Positions 30,636 through 39,043 of a stretch of DNA of 64,000 nt are shown piece after piece; position 1 is the first letter of the stretch; each line of letters begins with the position of its first letter. Both the position numbers and the translations under genes were made by a program. Source of the stretch: an uncultured Fidelibacterota bacterium (GTDB taxonomy: Bacteria > Fidelibacterota > Marinisomatia > Marinisomatales > UBA1611); contig CAJWHW010000003.1 in the NCBI GenBank assembly GCA_913040915.1, positions 1 to 64,000 of the forward strand. Reading direction: 5' to 3'. The notes under the pieces were generated by a model that saw only the letters and a list, made by a program, of their open reading frames with translations, did no database searches and had not been told where the DNA came from.

Positions 30636-32192
30636 TTAAAAGGAAAAACTTGTTTCTATGCTAGTCATATTTATCATCTCATCATTGTCCATTACATCAC
30701 CGTCTCCATTCAAATCTTGGAATGTGCGGCGGAAAATATAGGTGAATATCATCCCATTTCCCATTCGAAGTCCAACATTATAGCCCATGATGGTAGATTC
30801 TGAATATTCAAATTCAAATGGGTTGGGTACATTCCTTTGCTGATAGAACCAGGAAGCGCGGTCAATTTTGCTGATAGATTTCTTAAGTTTTAAAATTGCC
30901 ATAAAACTTTGGTTTGCAGTCTCTTCAAATTTATTGATCGTTTCACTATACTGTTCACCTTTTAAATTTTGATAAGATAAACCGACATCAAATAAATTAC
31001 CTAAATCAAGATCTAAACCTGAAAAGATTCCATTTTGTTTTCCATAAATTCCCAATTTATTTGCTTTGGTTTGAATCACCCCCTGATTTCCAGAAATACC
31101 TTGAAAAGTCGCTCGTTCAATTTCATATGAACGATTAAAATACCCAAATTCAAACTTCCCATTAGGTGCCATTCTAAATTCCAATGAAAAACGTGCAGGT
31201 CCTAATTTCATGGATAATCCTAACGGAATGATACCGTAACCAACATCTTCTTTGTCTCCGCTTATAGGATTTATCGTTTTACCCAATAGTGTAGCATATT
31301 GTGCATAGGCGTCCATTGCAATAGGCCCATCTCTTAAAAGCGGTATACCTACATCGAAAGCAAAAGAATGAATACCTTCTGACTCTTCATCAATATTTAA
31401 AGGTTCAGGTTTTGTTTGTATATCAGTATCTAAAACAATTATGGTGTCTAAATTCCAACCAGTGATACGGCTATCCAAAGTATCTGTAATACCGTCTCCA
31501 TCAATATCCAATTCGCTAGGATCACTATCCGCCCACCCATCTCCATCCGAATCTAACCAATATAGTTTATCATTAGGAAAATCATCAACTAGATCTGGAC
31601 GTCCGTCATCGTCAGAATCACGCAGTCCTAAATACTGGTTACGGTCACCTGCCCATGAAAAACTACCATTAAATCCGTAAGCCATCGGCGCAGTTACTCT
31701 TATACCTGACAAGCCAAGGTCTTCCTTAAAATCATTTGTAAAACCGTATATATTTAGGCCCATTGATTTTGCAACAAATTCCATTCCAACTTTTCTAACT
31801 TGCGGATATAATAATGTATTTGTGTAATTACTTATTAGAATTCCGTAACCCATAGTTACATGATCCAATGCACCTACTTTAAAATAATTCTCCCCATAGC
31901 GATTACCATATTTTATATAATATATTTTATCAATTAACGTATTTTTTACTTTCTCTCCAGAAGAAAAGTCCCATTCATCCTTATGAATATTTCCATCCTG
32001 GTCAATATAAAATACCAGATCTAACGCTATAGATAATTTTCCAAAAGGCAGGATTGGACGTAGGGCTAATTGGTTCCAGATTTTGCCATCGATTGTCACT
32101 GCACCGAAAGCACCCTGTACAGATTTATCATTCTGCGCCTTAATCAGGTTTGCTGAAAAGAATATTAAAATTATTTTTGTTTTAAGGCGCAT
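30636..32192 (-). CDS. Probable outer-membrane beta-barrel protein with Asp-rich Ca-binding-like insert
   Basis: Signal peptide, amphipathic strands, terminal ...ETSFSF; DxDxDG repeats. Confidence 0.55.
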   Translation of the reverse strand: MRLKTKIILIFFSANLIKAQNDKSVQGAFGAVTIDGKIWNQLALRPILPFGKLSIALDLVFYIDQDGNIHKDEWDFSSGEKVKNTLIDKIYYIKYGNRYGENYFKVGALDHVTMGYGILISNYTNTLLYPQVRKVGMEFVAKSMGLNIYGFTNDFKEDLGLSGIRVTAPMAYGFNGSFSWAGDRNQYLGLRDSDDDGRPDLVDDFPNDKLYWLDSDGDGWADSDPSELDIDGDGITDTLDSRITGWNLDTIIVLDTDIQTKPEPLNIDEESEGIHSFAFDVGIPLLRDGPIAMDAYAQYATLLGKTINPISGDKEDVGYGIIPLGLSMKLGPARFSLEFRMAPNGKFEFGYFNRSYEIERATFQGISGNQGVIQTKANKLGIYGKQNGIFSGLDLDLGNLFDVGLSYQNLKGEQYSETINKFEETANQSFMAILKLKKSISKIDRASWFYQQRNVPNPFEFEYSESTIMGYNVGLRMGNGMIFTYIFRRTFQDLNGDGDVMDNDEMINMTSIETSFSF

Positions 32193-32350
32193 TTTAAGTA
32201 AGAATTAGGAAGATAAAATTACCCTACGTCATTTTACTGAACAACGTGTAAATGAACCATTTCTGACTATTTATAATCGTATAATCGCTCAGAAAAAATA
32301 AATCAAAACATATTCAGATAAATACAAACTTTTTTTTAATTTTAATAATC

Positions 32351-32962
32351 TTGCATCGAGTAATTCAGATTAGTTTTTTCAAACAAATTATCGGTTTTAT
32401 TATTTGGTTTACAGTTCTATTTCCACAAGTGAATCAAATAAAAACACTTAATTTAGAGTCCAAAGTAAATGGTATTATGATTCTTATGGAATTAGATACC
32501 TTACCGGATTTAGCGAATATAACTGGTTGGCAGGCAAACTCAGGGTGGTTTTATATAACACTTTACCAATTTAAAGGTGATTCTTCCAAACTGATGCCAA
32601 AAATTCTAAATAACAGTATCCGGGACTTTCAATTCATTCGGACCAATGAATCAATACAATTAGGTATTCGCCTTAATAATCCTATTCAAAATCATGAATT
32701 TTCACTAAAGGATGAAAAAAATACATTAGTGGCATCTCTGCATTATTCCACTGAATATTTGGCTCAATCAGATACCATCAAACAAATGGAGTTAGAGCAG
32801 CCGAAAAACATTATTAGCGATAATTTTAAAAACTGGCTTTATATCACCAGCACAGGACTTACAGCAATAGGAATCCTAAATAGTTTCAATGATAATATAG
32901 ATCATAAAACTACTATTGGGTTAGGCATTTTGATTTTTACCTTTATTCTAGATAAAATTTGA
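32351..32962 (+). CDS. Hypothetical exported/membrane protein (AMIN-like N-terminal part, two C-terminal hydrophobic segments)
   Basis: ORF with N-terminal signal-like segment and C-terminal hydrophobic segments; start uncertain (TTG). Confidence 0.55.
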   Translation: MHRVIQISFFKQIIGFIIWFTVLFPQVNQIKTLNLESKVNGIMILMELDTLPDLANITGWQANSGWFYITLYQFKGDSSKLMPKILNNSIRDFQFIRTNESIQLGIRLNNPIQNHEFSLKDEKNTLVASLHYSTEYLAQSDTIKQMELEQPKNIISDNFKNWLYITSTGLTAIGILNSFNDNIDHKTTIGLGILIFTFILDKI

Positions 32963-32970
32963 TTGAAAAA

Positions 32971-33081
32971 ATGAAAGAATCTGTCATATTTCTAGCAATT
33001 ATCTGGGCAATAGTTTTTATCATTATGGGCGTTTATCTCCGATTCAAGTATAAAGATCGATTTGATGAATTGGATAAATAA
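32971..33081 (+). CDS. Candidate 36-aa single-pass membrane microprotein
   Basis: MKESVIFLAIIWAIVFIIMGVYLRFKYKDRFDELDK* fills the gap between two + strand genes; below the ORF-track cutoff. Confidence 0.5.
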   Translation: MKESVIFLAIIWAIVFIIMGVYLRFKYKDRFDELDK

Positions 33082-34723
33082 ACTTCTTTTAAATCTGTCA
33101 ATCATTTCTCTTATAAGCGCAAGCGAATTATCTGTTCGACAATCTTACCATACCCTTTTTCTCGATAGCAGTAATGTCTGTGGTACTCCGTACATAAACA
33201 ATATAATTCGCCAAGGCCCCAGCGAACTAACAGAAGCTGAAAAATTAAAGATGGATGAAGTTGGACTGTTTATTCAGGGTAATGAAATTATTTCAAAGAA
33301 ATCTACTGATTTAGATCAAATATATGATACAGAACATTTTCGGTTTTATTATACTCTCGATGAATCATCTATTCATGTTGTGGAAAATCAAGGTTATGTA
33401 ATCACTATGGGTGAAGTGTTTGAAAATGTCTGGGACTTTTTTATGGATACTCTGGGATTCGAACAACCTCTTTTAAATCCGGAAAATGATCATTCACTAT
33501 ACGAAATCTATATTGAATATTTATCCCCTCAATATTTTGCTCTAACATATGGGCAAGGTTTTGGAGCATCCTGCCATGGATTTATAAAAATGCGAAATTC
33601 ATATTCTGGTTCACAATTTGATGATAATACAGTATTAGAAAATATCCAGGTTACAGCAGTACATGAATTTTTTCATGCAATTCAATTCAGTTATAATTGT
33701 TATGAAGAATTCTGGTTTATGGAAGCAACTGCAGTCTGGAGTGAGGATGAATTATTTAATGATATCAATGATTTCTATCGTTATATACCTACTTTTTTTT
33801 CAAACCCAGATGATCCCATTGGCACAGAAGGTAATTTCATGTATGGGACCTGTATCTTTTTCCAGTATATTGATGAACATTTGGGAGGGCGAGAAACCAT
33901 CCGCAAAAGCTGGGATTATTCTAGAGATTATGCCAGCCCAACAAAAAATATAAGTTACATGTCAATAGATGCTGCACTTCAGGATAACAATTCCAGTTTA
34001 GAAACGGCAATAAATCAGATGCGGATAGCGAACCTAATTCTTAGTTCCAATGAAGCAGCTGGTATTTATGCGTATGATGAAGCTGATGGCTATTTAACTG
34101 TGGTAAATCATCCACCAAAAGAAGATTACCTAATATTTGAAAAAGGGAACATTGATCAGATTGAAAATTTTTCACTCCAACGCTACAGTTCACATTATTA
34201 CTCTCTTACTACTGAATCTCCCGTATCATTATCACTAATAGCAACAAGTGGAGAGTTTTACTTTACATCGGTAGTGAAAATTTATGGGACTGACCAATGG
34301 GTAGTAAAGAGTGGATCAGAACTCAATATAGATCCAAAAATTGGGATTGATTGGATCGCATTAATTGTTTCTGCAATTGGAAAAGATGCAGATAATTGGG
34401 ATTATATTTTACGCTTAGATGATGGCTATTCAGAGGATTATACATTTTACCCACCTTACCCTAACCCTTCTTATGGACAAAGCATAAACTTTCAATTTCA
34501 AGTAATCACAGAACAAACTGTTGATTTTCGAATAATTGATTTATTAGGTCAGGAAATTTGGCATATCTCTAACTATTATGATGAACCCGAAGTCATAACT
34601 ATTGTTTGGCATGGAACAAACCATTTTGGCAAACAGGTCGCAAATGGTATTTATTTAGGTATTATGAAAGGAGAATCAAAAACAACACTACAGAAGTTTA
34701 CCTATTTAAAAAAATCAGATTGA
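33065..34723 (+). CDS. Secreted HExxH metallopeptidase (MXAN_6640-like) with C-terminal FlgD/T9SS-type domain
   Basis: Signal peptide; TAVHEFFHAIQ; WFMEATAVWSED; YPNPS...WHGTN..G..VANGIY. Confidence 0.75.
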   Translation: MNWINKLLLNLSIISLISASELSVRQSYHTLFLDSSNVCGTPYINNIIRQGPSELTEAEKLKMDEVGLFIQGNEIISKKSTDLDQIYDTEHFRFYYTLDESSIHVVENQGYVITMGEVFENVWDFFMDTLGFEQPLLNPENDHSLYEIYIEYLSPQYFALTYGQGFGASCHGFIKMRNSYSGSQFDDNTVLENIQVTAVHEFFHAIQFSYNCYEEFWFMEATAVWSEDELFNDINDFYRYIPTFFSNPDDPIGTEGNFMYGTCIFFQYIDEHLGGRETIRKSWDYSRDYASPTKNISYMSIDAALQDNNSSLETAINQMRIANLILSSNEAAGIYAYDEADGYLTVVNHPPKEDYLIFEKGNIDQIENFSLQRYSSHYYSLTTESPVSLSLIATSGEFYFTSVVKIYGTDQWVVKSGSELNIDPKIGIDWIALIVSAIGKDADNWDYILRLDDGYSEDYTFYPPYPNPSYGQSINFQFQVITEQTVDFRIIDLLGQEIWHISNYYDEPEVITIVWHGTNHFGKQVANGIYLGIMKGESKTTLQKFTYLKKSD

Positions 34724-35584
34724 TTCTGTAATTGTTCGAATCTCTTTTAGAATTTCTAAATAGTTTTCTTTTCCTTCTGTAAATCTAGAAATGTATTTCA
34801 TAGGTTTATCTTTTCTACCTACCAGAATGACATTAGCACCAGCTTCTTTTCTTGCTACTCTATCAATATTAGATAAAAACTGTTCATATTTATCTAATTT
34901 AATCCTGTATTCCTCGAGTTGAAGTGAGAGTTCTTGCACATAAAGCGAATAAGATGATTTAGGGTCTTGAAATAATGATTCATTTAAAACCTTATTAAAA
35001 TAATCAATATGCGGATCCAACAATTCTCTTTTATAACGGATGGTGTACAGGTGTTTTTTCAAAGGGATTGCTTCTTCATCCACATAAATGATCATCTTTT
35101 TAACTTTTTTAAAACCCTTTTCTAGTTTTTCTCTTTCTTTCGTATACTGTCTTTGAGATTTCTGAATAGAAATACTAAGGGAACGTAACATTTTTTGATA
35201 AGTAACGTTAGTGTCTGATGGGATTGTTTCGAGATCTATTGTATCTGTTTTTTTCATCTTACGTACTAATTTAACCAATTCCCTTGTAAGACTATCAACT
35301 TCTAAAATAGCATTGTTCATTCCTGTGTAACTGGGATCCAATCTCTCATATATTCGCAAATCATTATCTAAATAATACCGTAACTCCTTTTTCATTATTG
35401 GTTGCAGGTCATCCATATTTCTTGTTTCGGTTTTAGACCATTGCCGAATATTCAAGATCTGAACATCTACGGAATATACGTCATGCAATCTCCAAGGCTT
35501 AATTCGTCCCGCACAGTCCGCAAAAAAAAACAGGGTTCCCACTATTGCGAAAACCCTGGTCAATGCAAATAAACTGAAATTCAA
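34715..35584 (-). CDS. Hypothetical helical/coiled-coil lipoprotein
   Basis: Hydrophobic N-terminus with FADC lipobox-like Cys; charged, helix-prone body. Confidence 0.6.
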   Translation of the reverse strand: MNFSLFALTRVFAIVGTLFFFADCAGRIKPWRLHDVYSVDVQILNIRQWSKTETRNMDDLQPIMKKELRYYLDNDLRIYERLDPSYTGMNNAILEVDSLTRELVKLVRKMKKTDTIDLETIPSDTNVTYQKMLRSLSISIQKSQRQYTKEREKLEKGFKKVKKMIIYVDEEAIPLKKHLYTIRYKRELLDPHIDYFNKVLNESLFQDPKSSYSLYVQELSLQLEEYRIKLDKYEQFLSNIDRVARKEAGANVILVGRKDKPMKYISRFTEGKENYLEILKEIRTITESI

Positions 35585-35820
35585 ACTTTCAAATTCCCTT
35601 CATTGTAATATTGAACCAGGTTATCAAACCCACCAATGGGTTTTTCATCAATCACAATTTGGGGAACAGTACGTCCACCGGTCAATTTAAAAAGATCATC
35701 ACGACTAATCTCTTTTTCTTCAATGTCTATAGTTTGAAAAGGGAGACTCAATTCATTCAATAAACTTTTGGCAGAATTACAGGGTCCACACCAACTAGTT
35801 GAGTATATTTTAATTTTCAT
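35581..35820 (-). CDS. Glutaredoxin (GrxC-like)
   Basis: WCGPC, RTVPQI, IGGFD. Confidence 0.9.
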   Translation of the reverse strand: MKIKIYSTSWCGPCNSAKSLLNELSLPFQTIDIEEKEISRDDLFKLTGGRTVPQIVIDEKPIGGFDNLVQYYNEGNLKV

Positions 35821-35822
35821 AT

Positions 35823-38800
35823 TTATTTCAAAAAGAGCAATTTCTGTACTTTAGTTTTTTCTCCATACTTCATAACAGCAAAATAAGTTCCTGAAGAGAC
35901 TGAATTTCCTAACCTGTTTGTACCGTTCCATATAATTTTATAATGCCCGGAAGCCAATATCCCATTTTGTAACTCAGCTATTTCTCGACCTAGGATATCA
36001 ACAATAAATATTTTTATTCTGCCTGTAATCGGAATAGTATAATCCAAACTTGTTACAGGGTTAAATGGGTTAGGATAAGGCGAATTTAATACAAATTCGT
36101 TTGAATTTATTTGATCATCTACTGCTAATGGAGCAACATAATTATCTGGTGCTTCCGTTGTGAAACGAATGACCCTTTCATTTACTAATGGGGCTGCACC
36201 AGGTGCATAAACATTATTAAAGACATACTGTAAACCGTAACTTTTTGTCGGAGATTCTATCCCAACAGTAGAATAATTTTTTGTTACATCCACATCTTCA
36301 ACCTCTAAATATTGAAAATCAATAACACCGTCCCCTGTTGCAGTAGGCATAGATGATTGATCATGGAGAATAATTTGAAACGTCTCTTCTGTTTCTTCAT
36401 CATAGCCATTTAATGCTCTCGACCATTCAATAATAAATCGACCTATTTCTTCATCGAACCAAGTATATACATTGATCCAAATATCTATAATTTCATCATT
36501 ATTTGTGTCAATGGTTTCCAAATCATCGGAGAAAGGAGCTAACAACGCTTTGGGCCCCATATACATTGGAATTGACATATTCCAAAAATAATCAATATAA
36601 CAAGGAACGAATGATGCCCATCCATTTGAACTTACTGTTATTTGATTATAATTAATCCCATGATATTTAAATGTAAATGGAAGCTCTATATTTACGTGGT
36701 CATCATCATCTAATTGGTAATGTGTACCACCACTCCCTCCAAAACCAGGATCCAATTCCACCCAATTAAATTCAGGTGTTTGTTCATAACCCACATCAGT
36801 ATCATCATAGGCCCAATAACCGTACCTGTTCGGTGCAACAGGATTATTCGTTGTAGGTGGTGAAATATGAAGTTGAACTTTTTGGGAAAAAAAAGTATTC
36901 CCTTCTTTTTGTAATTCAATTAAAAATGTTAAGTCACTGCCATAAGCAACTTCTTCAATGGAAAAATTATAATTTGTTGTATGAGATGATGTTGTAAATG
37001 GATTAAACGAAGACAAAATATCTGACGCACTATTCAGAGTAATAGTCACACCTTCTGTCAATGCAGAAACTCCAATCCATAGATCTTCATATGAACCTGC
37101 GGAAAAATTTGAAATGGATAATTCGGGTGAGATCTCTGTATTAGGTGTAACAGAACTACTTTCAAATGAAATATTGAAGAAAGGTAGTTCAACATCAACG
37201 AAAAATTCGCAAATCAAATTTCCATTTCCATCTTCCAATAACCCAATCACACCTTGACCAGCATCTAAATTGTTTATTACAAATTCAATGCTAGGCAGAT
37301 TCACACTATTTCCTGGAGCTATAACAGGAACATCCAATGTAAATGTATTCGGTGATACCCTATCAGAAAAAATAACCTGCCCAGAAAAAGCGTTGGAAGA
37401 ATTTCCAGAACTATTTTCCAATGTAATAGTCAGGTTGACCAATTCCCCAAGCACAGGTTTGTCATCGCTGTTTTGTCCGATAACATGAATATTTGATAAT
37501 AACAAAGTGTTATTTGTTGGCTCTGGATTAACTACTTCATGACCCTGTATAAATCCGCCTTTATTAGCATAGACATTTAATGAACTGACTCCGGACATAT
37601 CTATAGTTGAAATAAATTTTCCTGATGCATCCGAAATTCCCTTAGCAATCAATACACTTCCATTCATTACACTGATTACTGCGCCCTTGACTGCATCTCC
37701 ATTGTTATTTTTTACTGTTAAATTCAATAATCCATCTTGAGATTTGAATGGACCAACTTCAAAATTAAACTGCTCTGGAGTATCAACATACACCTGGAGT
37801 GAAGGGTCACCTAAAATGTTATAAACATGTGCATAAAATTCCTGAGCTTCACCAGGTCCATTTTGAGCAGGAAATTCTTTAATTAAACCTGATTGTCCTG
37901 CCTGCATAGCAGGACCTAATTCCACAATGTCATGATTTAATATTGCATCGTACATATATGCATTAATTACATTATTATATTTTGTGCTTGTGTGAAGATC
38001 GGATGGTCCGACAAATGCCACTCCGCCTTTAGGTACCGAAGGAGTTCCACCTCTCATCACAGCTTCAGCGAAACAAGGATCCACATTATTGGCAAAATCG
38101 TTTGAGTTACATACATAACTCATGAAAACCGGAGTTAGCCAGCCATTATTCAAATCATTTACATCATCTACATGAAATTCCGGATAGTGCCATCCATTTG
38201 CATCACCCCATCCTCGGTAATTCACTATTCCTACACCACTATTTATTGCAGGAATTATATACGGTGCTCCCTGCTGAACAGGTGGATAAAAAACCGTATC
38301 AACTTGGCTATATCCAAAATCTAATAATTCATCCATCAGCCAATATGATGTCCATTTAGGTGTAATCGGAATTGGATACGTATTGGCATAATTTCCAGCA
38401 ACAATGAGTCCACGACTTAACCAATTAGCATCATACGCAAGTGGGTCCCTAGCGTATTTTATTGTTTTTGCCATCATGACCGCTAAATCAGATAAAGAAT
38501 CAATTGAAAATCTGCCAATAAAGACATCTGGAATATTATCATTACCAATAATGTAGGTGTATCTCTGATCTGATACGTCATTCTCCGGACCGTAATAAAA
38601 AGATGGAAATGCAGCAAAGCCATCCACATCACCAAGCAAAAGAACATACTCTAACATAGGATTTTCAGACAACTTATTTGAAATTGTAGTTTTTATTGCT
38701 TCTGCTGTCTCTCCTGCTTCTGACAGCGGAATGACCTGAACATCAAATCCTTGGGAATTTTTGAATTCAATAAAGTCACCTAAATAGTTCACAATACCAT

Positions 38801-39008
38801 CTGGTGTAATTATCATGAATGTACCTCTCTGGGGATTGATTTGAGATGGTAAAATATTATACTCATTCATAACCATATTTGTAAAAGCCATCGGTATTGG
38901 ATTTCCTATGATTTGTTCCTTTGTTTTACCACGGAATAATTTTCCTTCTCCATAAACAAAACATAATGAAAATAGAAAATAAAAGATAAATATTTTATTC
39001 AGTCTCAC
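35823..39008 (-). CDS. Peptidase C25 (gingipain/PorU-like) family protein with C-terminal FlgD/T9SS-type domain
   Basis: YVLLLGD, SDQRY, PDVFIGRF, VNYRGWG, SYVCNS, YNILGDPSL; YPNPFNP...SSGTYF...KLLFLK. Confidence 0.85.
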   Translation of the reverse strand: MRLNKIFIFYFLFSLCFVYGEGKLFRGKTKEQIIGNPIPMAFTNMVMNEYNILPSQINPQRGTFMIITPDGIVNYLGDFIEFKNSQGFDVQVIPLSEAGETAEAIKTTISNKLSENPMLEYVLLLGDVDGFAAFPSFYYGPENDVSDQRYTYIIGNDNIPDVFIGRFSIDSLSDLAVMMAKTIKYARDPLAYDANWLSRGLIVAGNYANTYPIPITPKWTSYWLMDELLDFGYSQVDTVFYPPVQQGAPYIIPAINSGVGIVNYRGWGDANGWHYPEFHVDDVNDLNNGWLTPVFMSYVCNSNDFANNVDPCFAEAVMRGGTPSVPKGGVAFVGPSDLHTSTKYNNVINAYMYDAILNHDIVELGPAMQAGQSGLIKEFPAQNGPGEAQEFYAHVYNILGDPSLQVYVDTPEQFNFEVGPFKSQDGLLNLTVKNNNGDAVKGAVISVMNGSVLIAKGISDASGKFISTIDMSGVSSLNVYANKGGFIQGHEVVNPEPTNNTLLLSNIHVIGQNSDDKPVLGELVNLTITLENSSGNSSNAFSGQVIFSDRVSPNTFTLDVPVIAPGNSVNLPSIEFVINNLDAGQGVIGLLEDGNGNLICEFFVDVELPFFNISFESSSVTPNTEISPELSISNFSAGSYEDLWIGVSALTEGVTITLNSASDILSSFNPFTTSSHTTNYNFSIEEVAYGSDLTFLIELQKEGNTFFSQKVQLHISPPTTNNPVAPNRYGYWAYDDTDVGYEQTPEFNWVELDPGFGGSGGTHYQLDDDDHVNIELPFTFKYHGINYNQITVSSNGWASFVPCYIDYFWNMSIPMYMGPKALLAPFSDDLETIDTNNDEIIDIWINVYTWFDEEIGRFIIEWSRALNGYDEETEETFQIILHDQSSMPTATGDGVIDFQYLEVEDVDVTKNYSTVGIESPTKSYGLQYVFNNVYAPGAAPLVNERVIRFTTEAPDNYVAPLAVDDQINSNEFVLNSPYPNPFNPVTSLDYTIPITGRIKIFIVDILGREIAELQNGILASGHYKIIWNGTNRLGNSVSSGTYFAVMKYGEKTKVQKLLFLK

Positions 39009-39043
39009 AGCTATTCCTTTTGATTGATATTCGATAGGTTATC

